From NCBI RefSeq assembly GCF_009914755.1, contig NC_060941.1: a DNA stretch of 64,000 bases, one strand, 5' to 3'. Source of the stretch: the human T2T-CHM13v2.0 reference genome, Homo sapiens. Below the pieces are notes generated by a model, which saw only the letters and a program-made list of their open reading frames with translations, did not search any database and was not told where the DNA came from. This document shows, one piece after another, positions 13,230 through 28,455 of the stretch. The translations under genes and the position numbers were made by a program. The first letter of the stretch is position 1, and every line of letters starts with the position of its first letter.

Positions 13230-14065
13230 GTGTGGCTGGAGATTTGGGGTAAAAGAGATAGGTGAAACTGTATTAAATAGGAGATAACAGGAAAGATGAT
13301 TGGCAAGCTAGATCATATTCAGCCATTCATGATAAGGACTTTGCACTTAATGCTCATAATCTGGGAGCCATTGAAGAGTTTTAAGAAAAGATGTGTCTTT
13401 GTTAATGGAGAGATTGTAAATCACTCTGGCTGCTTGTGGAAAATATGTAATAGGTTGAAGAGGAAATAAATTAGAGGAGTAAGGAAGGTATTGCAATAGC
13501 TTAGGAAAAATATGAGGACTGTTTCTTCCAAGGTGATTACCATGAAGGTGCTGAATAGTAATCGGATTTGGATATTGTGCCTGATATATTCCATTGACTC
13601 TCCAGATGCATCTCCATCCGTCTCCCTTTAAAGGCTGACTTGTGTGGACTGTGTCTACTCATTCCATGCTGGTATCAGGTTGACAGAAGAGAGCTACTCA
13701 TTCCCGATTCCCTCCAGAGGACTTGCTCTGGATTTGCCTCATCCATCCCCACAGGTTCCTCCAAAGCAGCCCCCTCCCTAGGACTCTCTCCTTCCAGTCT
13801 GTGGTAACTGCTCCTCCCCTGGCCCCTTCAGTCCTTGGGTTGTTATTCCCCTCAGGGTACTACACTAGCTCTGTGTTTCCCAAATACCCTGCCCAGACCT
13901 TTATTAAAAAAGCTTTTTTATTAAACACTCCCTCAAATTATTCTAAAATGAATGTGCTGTCTGCTTCCTGCTAGGACCACAAGTGACAAACACATTAAGC
14001 AGATAGAGCCAGAGGACCTGGTGATGGATTTGTGTGGAGTGTGAGAGAAAAAGAAGTCAAACAAA
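13230..14065 (-). mobile_element. L2 antisense, interrupted by LTR33
   Basis: gggagccattgaagagttttaag, atcactctggctgcttgtgga and ggtgatggatttgtgtggagtgtgagaga. Confidence 0.7.
13577..13987 (+). mobile_element. LTR33-like ERVL LTR
   Basis: ggtaactgctcctcccctggccccttcag...ctttattaaa...tgtctgcttcctgctaggaccacaagtgaca. Confidence 0.7.
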
Positions 14066-14694
14066 TATCTTACCTATCTGCTATTTTATAATATCTTTAT
14101 TATCCTAAGGATATATGCCTACCATCATACTATACAACTATCAAATTATTTGATGTGACAATCAAAATGATATTTATTCATCTATATAAATTGTATCCAA
14201 GATGCGATCATTAGAATTTCACATACTAGCAAAGAAATCAGTGATCAAAGCTGACAGACAGGAAGCTGAAAAAGCAGGACTTCCAAAACATAAAAGTATC
14301 AATGAGATAATATTTTTGTGAATATTAGCCTACCTAGTCTGAATAATTAATGAATGTAAATTCAGCTCTCCAAAAGTTATTATTATACTTGTACTATAAA
14401 TAACGCTTGCAAAGGATGGAATTAAACTAAATACAAAACTGCTAATAAATAAAAGGATGATCAGGTTAAGCATAAGCAGAGTGAAAATTTAAACTGAAAA
14501 ATCTTTAGGAGAATGTGATCTGAGCTAATTTTTGGAGAATGAGAACAGTGTAATGTGGTAGAAATGAAAGGAAACAAGAGTCTTTATGAATATAAAAAGT
14601 AATAGTCATTTCTAGAAGGCTCCGTAAAACTCAAAAGTAAAACCATATAATGGTAAAGGGAGGAAATATATGAACATATATTGTATGATGTATG

Positions 14695-14905
14695 TTCAGG
14701 AGGCCTGAGTCCTTTTTCCTTTCTAACTAGAATTCTGTAACTTTTCAAATTTATTACTAATCTCTGAAAACTTTCAGTGCTTCTCATTCTTCATTTTAAA
14801 AATGAACGTAAGAATGACTATACTATTTAATTCAAAGCTGTTTTGAGGATTAGATGATAGACTGCATTTAAAGTAGTGAAAAAGTTGAAACAATTTGCAA
14901 ATGTG
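14695..14905 (+). mobile_element. MIR-family SINE remnant
   Basis: MIR core-like ttcattttaaaaatgaac...gctgttttgaggattagatga. Confidence 0.55.
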
Positions 14906-14934
14906 TCTCATATATATATATCTTATATATATAT

Positions 14935-15104
14935 ATCTTCCTCTTCTTATATAGCCACAGTCTTCTCAGATACTCAGGGCCCCACTTTTATGACCTCACT
15001 TTACCTTAATTACTTCCTAAAGATCCTGTTTCAAATACAGTTACATTGGGAATTAGGGCTTTAATGTATGAATTTGGGGGAGGGGGAAATACAATTTAGT
15101 CCAT
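14935..15104 (-). mobile_element. MLT1 (A-C type) LTR 5' part, antisense
   Basis: atgacctcactttaccttaattacttcctaaagatcctgtttcaaatacagttacattgg...atgaatttggggg. Confidence 0.8.
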
Positions 15105-15673
15105 GGGAGTGAAGTATTTAGCAGGTGACGCCCAGGACACATGCGTGGGAACTGGATGCAAAGGAAACTGGGGAGACTGGAAAAGTTCTATTTGACTGGA
15201 AATTCCCCAAATATAGTAATGGTACTCCAAGAAGGCTGGATATAGAGAGAATATAACAAGTTCCCACTGTATCTAGTAAATTGAATTCAAGAAAATCAGA
15301 CATGGAGCCATCATTTTAATCAAACAAAGCTCTTTATTGGCAAAATGTAACCATACAACCTACAGAATTGCTGCTTAAATGATGTAGAAATGAGATCTAG
15401 ACAAAATTAAGACATTGGAGATGTTTAGTTCTAATAAACAAGAGATTAGCATTGGAGAGCACAGAAAGAAAGCCAGAGGAAGAGAGGAAGGGAGAAAGGG
15501 GAAGAGGGGACATTACTCTTGGTTTAGTGGGAAACGTAGATGAATTTTCTACCTCATAAGAAAAGTTTTTGCCAACAAGTTTTAAAAGAATTTTGTAAAC
15601 AGTGTTAATTAGCATGATGTAATGGTTTCTTTTATATTCAATATAAATCTTTATTCAACTTATTTGAATAACT

Positions 15674-15722
15674 TGACCTTCTCTACTGCCAGATACTCAA
15701 ATTAAGTCTGCTGTACTTTAAT
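15674..15722 (+). repeat. Copy 1 of a perfect 49-bp direct repeat
   Basis: tgaccttctctactgccagatactcaaattaagtctgctgtactttaat, identical to 16722-16770. Confidence 0.95.
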
Positions 15723-16721
15723 CAGATATTAAAATATGTAATATATACTTTAAATGGGTTCTGTTTTATCCAAAATAGGGTGCAAAGCATACAATTTTGA
15801 TTCATCCATTCTCAAAGTTCCCCAAAGATAAATTAACCAGTAAAATGAAGAAAATTCTAACTTGCTACTGGAAACTAGAGAAAGAGTATTTTAATGTATC
15901 TGATAATTGAAAAGTTTCAGCAGGAAGTAATTTATGCCAGAGCAACTAACTGGTTGCCATCCGTGGAATGTGCCAATAGATGCTGCCTGAAGAAATAAAG
16001 GAGAGGCCAACAGTGCCCACCAGGGAATCATACCTTAGCTATCTGACTAGACGATGCTGTGAACCACTCGTTCCTGAGAATGAGTGAATGTCAAATCACC
16101 AGGCATATGAAATATCCCAGGAATTTAAGTATAGATCATTCTAAATCTCTAGTGCAAGAGCATTCTGTAAAACAGAGGTCGTCAGGGACACTGACATGCC
16201 CACTACACTTCATGCTTCCGGCGCCATAGGCAGTTGGCAAATGTTAGCCTATCACCTGCCTGACAAACAACCCAGATTGTGTGGTTTACCTAATTTTTCT
16301 TTGGCGCATTTCAGACAATATGAAATCAAAACATGTTGGGTTTTTTTCAGCATTCCCAGACACAAAACAAAACTATCCTAATGTAGTTAAGGCCACTTTT
16401 AACCTTTCTATTTTAGATCACAGCAGGAAATAAAATAATAACAGAGCTTTTCTATGCTTTTTGGCATAAGGAAATCATGAAACCATTTCATTTTTATCAA
16501 TTATATTGGTTACCTCTAATAACTTTTTTTCTTTTGTTCTAATCTGCCTTTTCTAGTCACTATTCTTTCAGTCTTTGATAAAGAAGCTGCCCAGCTCTTA
16601 GGAGTACTTTATCTGAGAGCAAATAAAAACATTTGCCTACTAAAAGTGAATGATTGTGAAGGACTACCTTTTGGGTGGGCTGAGGTTGTAGCTGAGAAGT
16701 CACTTTGCATTCTTTGGGGCC

Positions 16722-16770
16722 TGACCTTCTCTACTGCCAGATACTCAAATTAAGTCTGCTGTACTTTAAT
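16722..16770 (+). repeat. Copy 2 of a perfect 49-bp direct repeat
   Basis: Identical to 15674-15722, offset 1048 bp. Confidence 0.95.
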
Positions 16771-16944
16771 ATAGATGAGGATATGACCATCATGAAAAAA
16801 TACAAACTCACCAGAGCCAAAAAAAAATAATCTAAGTCCCAAGTCTTACCCTGGTGATTTTTTATGAGTTTTTACCTTGGAGTGCTCTTGGACTCAACTA
16901 TGTCTACCTAACAGCAAGCACCTGATCCAAAACTAAAAAACTGG

Positions 16945-17304
16945 TGTATTAGTCTGTTTTTACGCTGCTGACAAAGACATAACTGAGACTGGGAAATTTA
17001 CAAAAGAAAAAGGTTTATTGGACTAACAGTTCCATATGCCTGAGGAAGCCTCACAATCATGGATGAAGGCAAGGAGGAGCAAGTCACATCTTACGTGGAT
17101 GGCAGCAGGCAAAAAGAGAGCTTGTGCAGAGAAACTCCTGTTTTTAAAACCATCAGATCTCGTGAGACCCATTCACTATCACAAGAATAGCACAGAAAGA
17201 CCTGCCCCCATGATTCAATTACCTCCCCCCAGGTCCCTCCCACAAAACAAAATTGTGGGAGCTACAAGATGAGATTTGGGTGGGGACACAGCCAAACCAT
17301 ATCA
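16945..17304 (-). mobile_element. THE1C 3' LTR
   Basis: tgtattagtc...gccaaaccatatca; THE1C-type gcaagtcacatcttacgtggatggc segment. Confidence 0.92.
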
Positions 17305-17487
17305 TTCCCCCGGCCCCTCCCAAATCTCATGTTCTCACATTTCAAAACCAATCATGCCTGCCCAACGGTCCCCCAAAGTTTTAACTCATTTCAGCATTAA
17401 CTCAAAAGTCTACAGTCTGAAGTTCAAAGTCTCATCCAAGACAAGGCAAGTCCCTTATGCCTATGAGCCTGTAAAATCAAAAGCAAG

Positions 17488-19086
<1,599 letters not shown>

Positions 19087-19180
19087 ACTGTTCCAACCTC
19101 TGCCTGTTACCCCGTTCCAAAGTTGCTTCTACATTTTTGGGTATCTTTTCAGCAACACTCCACTCCCAGTACCAATTTAC

Positions 19181-19546
19181 TGTATTAGTCTGTTTTCATG
19201 CTGCTGATAAAGACATAACTGAGACTGGGCAATTTACAAAAGAAAGAGGTTTATTGGGCTTAGAATTCCATATGGCTGGGGAGGCCTCACAATCATGGTG
19301 GAATGCAAGGAGGAGCAAGTCACATATTATGTGGATGGCAGCAGACAAAGAGAGAGCTTTTACAGAGAAACTCCCATTTTTAAAACCATCAGATCTCATG
19401 AGACTCATTCACTATCATGAGAACAGCACAGGAAAGACCCACCCCCATGATTCAGTCGTCTCCCACTGGGTCCCTCCCACAACGTGGGGAAATTATAGGA
19501 GCTACAAGATGAGATTTGGGTGGGAACACAGAGCCAAACCATACCA
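19181..19546 (-). mobile_element. THE1C 5' LTR
   Basis: Direct-repeat partner of 16945-17304. Confidence 0.92.
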
Positions 19547-19979
19547 ATCAGTGTTAAAAATGCAATGATTTTGCCTGTATTTAAGAGATCATCTAGATGT
19601 TTGGAAATATTCCAGTGCTGATTGTCCAGATAAAAAACAAGTAAAAATCAAGTGCAAAGAATGACCATACCTAAAACCCTCCAATGTAAGATTTTACTTA
19701 GAAAAACTAAAAGAGGCTACTCTGTTAGAGACACTTGATCACATAAGTAAAATAATAAAATGTATATGTCCATTCTCTTCTTATGGGCTACTGTGGATTA
19801 ACATTCTGCAATATTGTGGCTAAGTATTTCCCAAAATTGAAGAACAAGAAGTACGATAATTATGTTAAAAAATAAATGCTTGTTTGAAAATTTCTTAGTT
19901 ATGTTTTGTTAATTGTCTATACACACACATTTATGAGGCATCATTAAGTTCTTTCTTTACTGATCACTAGGTCTGTAAC

Positions 19980-20470
19980 TGTCTAAGCCTGGGTTTCTCA
20001 GAAAGGAAAGCCTGCATCTACAACTTGTGTTCCATTCTTTGATTGGGATATGCACCATTTAACTGGAGAAGCAGGAGTTGATGAGGGTAGGAGAAAGGAT
20101 AATATAAGGGTACAATACTCAGTTAATTGCTGATTGTCTTCAAGTATAAGGAATTCTTCAGTCTGGTGTAATCATCTTTCAGGTGCCCATAAAAAATCCT
20201 GCATCTTGGAACTGTGCTCTCAGCTTTTTATTCATCTGCTCCCATCCCTCATTGTTCAAATATTTGTTTTATGCGTATTAGCCTCTCCCACACTTCTGGG
20301 TTACACATGTGTGATGGAATCAGGTCCCACTGACCCTGATCATTCAGGGGCAAGAAGAGGACCCCCTAGGAGAAAGACATGTGCTGTCAGTCTGTGCCTA
20401 CATGAGATTTGTCACCTCAGCAGGAGCTGGGTAAAACTCATACAGAACTGGTGGGATAAACTGGGTAGCA
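19980..20470 (-). mobile_element. Old ERVL-type LTR (LTR16/LTR40-like), antisense
   Basis: The start tgtctaagcctgggtttctcagaaaggaaagcctg resembles the antisense end of ERVL LTRs; highly diverged. Confidence 0.4.
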
Positions 20471-20482
20471 TAAATAGGAATT

Positions 20483-21060
20483 CCTTTACTCATCCTTCCA
20501 TTCATATTCCAGGCTCTGTTCTCAGCATAGTGATACAAAGATTAAATGGCACAATTCCTACCCGAGAAGAAATTAAATTATAGTAAAGATACAGACCAAA
20601 AAAAGGAAACTAAGTTAAAGTGTGTCAGTACTAACATGGGAAATATATACAAATAAACGTGTAAGTCTGTCTGCTGAGATTAAGCCATGAATTGAAAGAA
20701 AATATTCATTGGGCAGAAATGTAACCGAATGAGTAAGGATTAACCAGGCATAGAGGCTGGGAGGAAGACCTTGGAGGCTGAGTTTGTTAAAGACTTTCTG
20801 ACATATGCAGGGTAAATGACAAGTCACTATTGCTAAAGCTTCATATACCATGAGGGGAGGATGAGAGATTAGACAAGTCTGGTTTGCAGAGACCAGATTA
20901 TCACTAACATTTTTTGTCCTTTGAGAAAAGTGATATTTATGGTAATGGTAATGAGGAGTCATTTAGAAAAATAATTGAGCAGTAATAGTTGATAAAATGT
21001 ACACGTTAAATAGATTAGTCTCACCATAATGTGGGGGATGTACTACAGGGGTGAAACCAG
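20483..21060 (-). mobile_element. L2 3' end, antisense
   Basis: cattcatattccaggctctgttctcagcatagtgatacaaag and downstream L2 motifs. Confidence 0.6.
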
Positions 21061-21191
21061 GGCATAAATCAACCAGAAAAAAAGACTAATAAAATTCTTG
21101 GGCACCCATTCTTCCTGCTTTACATGACTGTGGGAAGGATGAAATGAAACCATAGATGTGGATGCCAGAGGAACCATAAAACATCACAGAA

Positions 21192-21488
<297 letters not shown>

Positions 21489-21574
21489 GCATAATGGAGA
21501 ATGAGAATGAGATATCCATAGTAATGCTGTGTATATCTCTGTTGTCCTTTGCCCAAGGCAGGTCTTTACCCTAT

Positions 21575-21667
21575 ATCTGCCAGTCTCCCACCTTCAGAGG
21601 TTCTGACTTGGCAAATCTACTGTTTAGCATTCATATTTTGAAAAAACTGCCCCAATGATTCTGATAA
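21575..21667. mobile_element. MER5-like DNA transposon fragment
   Basis: cccaccttcagaggttctgac...ccccaatgattctgat. Confidence 0.4.
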
Positions 21668-23749
21668 ACACTGAACTAGTTTTTTGAGTATTTGATTTTC
21701 CTTACAAACTAATGCAAACACAAGTGGTGGGTTTTTCTTCACAAGACTGAGTAATGATTTGGTCCAGAAATCACCCAGTCTTCATCATAAGCCAGGATAT
21801 CCTCAGCTCAGTACCCAACATGAAGAGATGACAAAAGCTTTCTTGGGTAACATGCCCCTTTCTTTCCTCTGGGGTCTGATTAGAGGTGTTCTGCCTAAGT
21901 TTTTCAGCAGTTGTAGTTTAAAATCTTCTACATCTGCTGAGAGATAATGTCATTTCCCTCAAACCAGATGGGTTATATTCCTGAGAGATATGTACAATTT
22001 TTATTTTCTTCAAACACCCAGAGGAATCAAAGAGACTGGCAAGATACAAGCAATTAATATTCACATTTCCACTCAGCTGCATTTGTACACCTGAGAGGAA
22101 CTGCAGGCATGATGTAGTGGCAAACCAGATGGACTTCTATTTGATCTGATTTCACTGGGCTGCTTTTTAAATTTGGGGACTCCATTTTGAGTTTTCACTT
22201 TTGTATAGTTAGGCTCCCACAGGTTTCGGTCCGAAACAGAAAGCATCAGATTTTAAGTGGAATTTTGAGGAGCAACTTGACAATTAAAACTCAAGAGAAA
22301 TGTGGAACTACACAAGCCTGCCTTACTCTTTCTCTTTTTCTTTCTTTCCTTCTTTCTCTTTCTTCCTTTGTCATTATGGCTAGGTAATAATCACAGGTAT
22401 AAATTTCTACTTACAAACAGGGACACATCAAATCCCATTTTTAAATGTTCTCCACATTTGACCTTAGCCTCCTTTCTCACTAGGCTAGTAGAAAGCCATC
22501 TCAGATAATCTTAGGATACCCTAAGTTATGCCACAATTCCTGCATCTAGAACTATAGTTCCAAGTAATGTGTTATTGACGAGCTGTCCACACAGGCTTCC
22601 CCTGTTCTAAGAGACTTACTGTCCCTGTCCACGTGAGCCATTCAGGTCTGGAAGTCTTCTGTTATTTTTTGTGACTCCATCCCCTCTGCTATCTCCCTAG
22701 GGCACTCACTATTTGTGGGTCCCCAGAGTCTCACACACCATTCTCTTCAACCTTTCTTCCAGCCTATAAAAATATCCTTCAAAGCTGACACACAAAATAT
22801 TACACATTTATTTTCTTGAAATTGCACACCACTTGCTCTTAAATTACCATTTTGGTTAAAGAAGAAAAAATATTAAGCTCACTAACAGTAATTCAGTTTT
22901 ATCCATTCTAAACCTATTGACTAAATCTTTAATTCATTTAAAGTTCAAATTTCATATTAGATCTATTTAAAAAAAAACTATTTCAAGGGCTTTCCTCTGT
23001 TGTCTTTTTCTTCTTAAGGTAGAAATGAGAGGCTTACACATTAACTGGCATTGGGTAGGAAGGGGACTCTTCCACGTGCAGTCCTCTGAGTCCTTGTTGG
23101 ACTCAGAGATATCTCTGAGTTGGACTTGTTGGACTGAGATATTTCACACCCTTCATGGTCACTGAGCATCCATTGTTGGTACCCACTCAAATGTGGTTAG
23201 TCTCATCTGATGATTTAGGCATTTACTGGCACCAACTGCTAAAATCAATGGCCCTTGCAAAAGCCTCTTGTCCCTAAATGTGGCCTCTCTATCCCAAGAT
23301 CAGGTTTCTACCAAACCATCAGAGCTCTAGAAATGTTTGTAACTGCTTGAGGATTTGGATGTTCTGGCTGCTTTCTTCACACCTTATTGGGGAATGCAGA
23401 GATCTATGAAGCTGTCTTCAGATTGACACATTGAGACATCTTCTTGAGCAAGGAAAACATTTCTGAAAGTATTTTTAAAATATTATCCTGTTACTGTAAT
23501 ACACAAAACTATCCAACTGAATACTTAGCTGAGCCTCAGTCTCCTCCTCTATAAAAGTGAAGGTTGTACACATTTATTCTGGCATTTTTTCTATCTCTAA
23601 TATTCTCTCTTCATAAATTCTGCATCCAGTAGGTCCTAGGAAGAAGCACAATGCAACAAACAGAAATGCCAAGAACAGGACCATTTGAAAGGAGACAACA
23701 AGTAGAAACAGAAAAAAGCAATAGATGTTAAAGGTAATGGAAGCCCATA

Positions 23750-23861
23750 TAATATATATATATGTTTGTTTGTGTGTGTGTGTGTATGTATATGTATATA
23801 TATATGTATATGTATGTGTATATATATGTGTATATATATGTGTGTGTGTATATATATATAT

Positions 23862-23902
<41 letters not shown>
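23750..23902. repeat. Compound (TA)/(TG)/(GA) microsatellite
   Basis: Directly visible. Confidence 0.97.
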
Positions 23903-23906
<4 letters not shown>

Positions 23907-24569
23907 TGGCAGAAAAGGCAACAGGCAATATAGGGATAGATAATATCATGGAACCTACCAACACTAACTATTGAATCAAGAGGGCTTGTCAAGTTTGTCA
24001 AGTGGTAGGAAGAGACCAAATACTGAGCTAGGATTTAGGTAGATGATGTCAGACACTGGGCAAGCAGAGGAAAATGAAGCAGAGAAAAGCAGGGTTTACA
24101 TTACAAATAATAGAGTAAGTGGCAGGTCATGAAGTCAGAACGGAAGCCCAGAAACAAGACAGAAGTAAAATTTTCAGAACTGGGGTGCACGATGAGAACT
24201 AGACTAACAGCAAGAGTAACCTGATTCTGACTCACAAAATGTTAGTTTAAGGCTCCTTAAATCTCTCCTGCTTAGGAATAAGTTTAAGAGACTTTGACAG
24301 ACTATCATCAGGAAATAAGGTCAAGTAACACAGCTATGAGAACAAAAAGTTTGCAAAGGCTGGAAAACAGGCAGAATCAGCCTTAATTTGCAATGTGTTT
24401 GAGGATTCTATTATCAACTCTAACACAAGAGGTTTTTAAAGACCTGTGGTCTTTTTAAAACTGAAGGTATTTGTCAAGGCATCCAGAAGACCTTTATCAC
24501 AATTAAAATTCACATTATATATGGAATAAACAGTATAAATCTATTTTTAAAACATTATATTCTATCCCA

Positions 24570-24740
24570 TTTATTTTTCATTTATAACCTTTTAAAATTG
24601 CAATGTGACACACATGAAAAAATGCATATCTCACAAATGAATCATTAAAATATGACTACACCTATGTAACCCTTACCCAGGTCAAGAATAGAACATGACT
24701 GGCAACTTGGAAGGTCTACTCATGCCTCATCTTAATTATT
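24570..24740 (-). mobile_element. L1ME 3' UTR fragment, antisense
   Basis: acacctatgtaacccttacccaggtcaagaatagaacat. Confidence 0.6.
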
Positions 24741-24803
24741 TTAAATGTAGCTCTGAATTGTGTTTTGAGAAAGATACCGGTTCCATTTAAGAATCAGAAG
24801 CAA

Positions 24804-27800
24804 GAGAGGCTGAGCAAGATGGCAGAATAGAAAACTCCACCAAATATCCTCTCCACAGGCCACCAATTTAGGATCTATCTACACGGAAGAAACACTTTCA
24901 TGAGAACCAAAAATCAGGTGAGCCTTCATAGTACCTAGTTTTAACTCCATTATCACTAAAAGAGGCATTGAAGAGATAGAGAAAAACAGTCTTGAATTGT
25001 CAACATCACCCCAACCTCAGCCCCCTCCAACCTTAGCAGTAGAGGCATGGTACAGAGAGCAACTCTGGGTGCTGGGGAGGGAGAACACAGTAATTGTGAG
25101 GCATTAAACTTAGTGCTGTCCTGTTAGAGTAGAAAGGAAAATAGAACCAAACTCAGCTATTGCTCACCCATGGAGGGGGCATTTAAATCAGCCCTAGCCA
25201 GAGGGAAATCACCAAACCCCGTGGTCCAAACTTGAGTTCCCACAGACCTCACCACCACAAGCTAAAGTGCTCTGTGATCTATATAAACTTGAAAGGCAGT
25301 CTAGGCCATAAGGACTGCAACTCATTGTGAGTCTTATTGCTGAACTAGGCCCAGAGACAGTGGACTAGAGTGGCACATGACCTACCAAGACACCAGCTGG
25401 GGCAGCTAGGGGAGTGCTGGCATTACCCTTCCCCTAACTACAGGCTGCACAGCTCATGGCTTGAAAAGAGATCCCTTCCTTCTGTTTGAAGAGAAAAGAT
25501 GAAAGAGTGGGGAGGACTTCATCTTGCATCTTGGATACCAGCTCAGCCACAGCAGAATATCACACTGGTCAGAGTTGCGAGGCCGCTGTTCCCAGGCCCT
25601 AGTTTGGATGACATTTCTAGACACATCCTGGGCCAGAAGGAATCTCACTTCCTTGAAGGAAAGGACTCAGTCCTGGCAGCATTCATTATCTGTTAACTGA
25701 AAAGCCCTTGGGCCATGAATAACCAGCAGTGATACCCAGATATTAAGATGAGGGCTTTGGGTGAGCCTCTGAGAGTTGTTGGCTTCAGGTGAGACATAGC
25801 ACATTACCAGCTGTGGTGGTTATGGGCCAATACCCCTTCTGCTTGAGAAAAGCAGAGGGAAGAGTAAAGGGGACTTTATTTTGCATCTCAGGTTACCAGC
25901 ACAGCCACAGTGGGGTAGAGCACCAAGTGGGCTTTTGGGATCCCTGATTTCAGGATTTGACTCCTGGACCCTATCTGTGCACCTGCCCTTGGCCAAAAGG
26001 GAGTCCACTGCCTTGAAGGGGTGAGTCCCAAGCCAGGCAGCCTTCCCTACAAGTTGACTTAAGAGCCATTGGGTCTTAAGGAAATATTGGTGGTAGTCTG
26101 TCAGTACTCTCTGTGGCTCGGTTATAGTGGTAGTTATGGGGGAGGCTCCTCTGCCTTTGGAAAAGGGAAAGAAGAGTAGGAAAAACTGCATCTTGTGGTA
26201 TGAGTGCAAGCTCAGCTGCAGTTCAGTAGAACACCAGGCAGACTTTTAAGCTTTTTGACCCTAGCCCCTGACCTTTAAATGGCACTTCTAGACCCATCTG
26301 GGGCATGGGGGAACCTGCTGCCATGAAGGGAAGAACATAGGCCTGACTGGGTTTGCCACCTGCTAACTGCAAAACCCCAAGGCCTTGAAAAAACATAGGG
26401 CATGGTTAATGCAGGCTTTGTGGGAGACACAGTGCTGTGGTGGATTCAGGTCTGACCCAGTGCAGTCATAGATGTGGTGGCTATAGGGATGCTTGTATCA
26501 CTCTGCTCCCAGCTTTAGGTGGCTCATAACAAAGAAAGATACTTTTTTTTTTTTTTGAGAAAGTGAAAAAAGAACAAGAGACTCTTTCTGGTAATCCAGA
26601 GAATCCCCCTGGATCTTGCTCAAGACCATCAAGATGGTACCTATATGAGTCTGCAAGAACCACAGTGTTACTGGGCTTAGGTACTCCCTAAAGCAGACAC
26701 AGCTTAGTTCACAACACCCAAGTCTTTTCAAAGATCTGGAAAGCCTTCCCAAAAAGGATGGGTCCAAACAAGCCCAGACAGTGAAGACTACAAGACATAC
26801 CCAACTCTTTAATGCCCACATACTGAAGAACATCTACTGACATCAATACCATCCAGGAAACCATGGCCTCACAAAATGAACTAAATAAGCAACCAGAGAA
26901 CAATCTTGGAGAAACAAAGATGTGACTTTTCAGATAGATAATTCAAAATAGTGGTGTTGAGGAAACTGAAAGAAATTCAATATAACACAGAGAAGGAATT
27001 CAGAATTCCATCAGATAAATTTAATGAAGGGATTGAAATAATATAAAAGAATCAAGCAGAAAGTCTGGAGCTGAAAAATGCAACAGACATACTGATGAAT
27101 GCATCAGAGTTTTTTAATATCAGAATTGATCAAGCAGAAGACAGAATTAGTGAGCTTGAAGACAGGCTGTTTGAGAATACACAGAGGAAACAAAATAAAA
27201 AATAATAAACAATGGAGTGCTTCTACAGAATCTAGAAAATAGCCTCAAAAGGACAAATCTCAGAGCTATTGGCCTTAAAGAGGAGGTAGAGCAGGAGATC
27301 CCAAACCTAGAGAAAGATATCAACATCCAAGTACAAGAAGATTATAGAACAACAAGAAGATTTAACCCAAGCAAGACTACCTCAAGACATTTAAAATGAA
27401 ACTCCCAAAGATCAAGAGTAAAGATGGGATCCTAAAAGCAGCAAAAGAAAAGAAACAACATACGATAGAGCTCTCACATGTCTGACAGCAGACTTTTCAG
27501 TGCAGACCTTACAGGCCAGGAGAGAGTGGCATGACATATTTAAAGTGTTAAAGAAAAAAAACTTTTACCCTAGAATAGTATATCCTGTGAAAATATCCTT
27601 CAAAAATAAAACAGAAATGAAGACTTTCCTAGACAAACAAAACCTAAGTGAATTAATCAACACCAGACCTGTCCTAGAAGAAATGCTAAAGGTAGTTACT
27701 TCAATCAGAAATAAAAGGATGTTAATGCACAATAAGTAATCAACTCAATGTACAAAACTCACTGGTAATGGTAAGTACACAGAAAAACACAGAATATTAT

Positions 27801-28374
27801 AACACTGTAAATGTGGTTTGTAAACTACTCATCATAAACAGAAAGACTAAACAATAAACTAATAAAAAATAACAATAATTTATCAATACATAGTAAAATT
27901 AGATATAAATAGAAACAACAAAAAAGTGGGGGATGAAGTTAAAGCATACAGTCTATATTAGTTTTCTTTTTGCTTGTTTGTTTATACAAACCATGTTAAG
28001 TAGTTATCAGGCTAAAATAATGGTTATAAAATAGTATTTGCAAGCTTCATGATAACCTCACAACATAAACATACAGTGGATACACAAGAAATAAAAAGGA
28101 AGAAATTAAGTTATTTCACCAGAGGAAATTACCTTCACTAAAGGAACACCAGAAGGAAATAAAGAAGAGGAGACCACAAAACAATCAGAAAACAAATGAA
28201 ATAGCAGGAGAATGTCCTCAGTTATCAATAATTACAATGAATGAAACTGGACTAAACATTCCAATAAAAAGAAACAGAGTGGCTGAATCAGTGAAAAAAA
28301 CAAGACCCTTTGATCTGTTGCCTACAAGAAACACACTTCACCAATAAAAACACAGACTGAAAATAAAAGGATGG
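24804..28374 (+). mobile_element. L1MA1/2-type element, 5' part (5' UTR with internal repeats, ORF1, start of ORF2)
   Basis: Start gagcaagatggcagaatagaa; ORF1 remnants at 27217-27399 and 27500-27739 (TLQARREWHDIFKVLK...YPRIVYPVKISF); EN start with ctgttgcctacaagaaac. Confidence 0.88.
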
Positions 28375-28455
28375 GGAGAACCTGGAAGATCCCTCACTTG
28401 GAGGAAAGCACAAGAATGTAGATGCACAGTACATGATTTGGAAATTCAGATAGCT

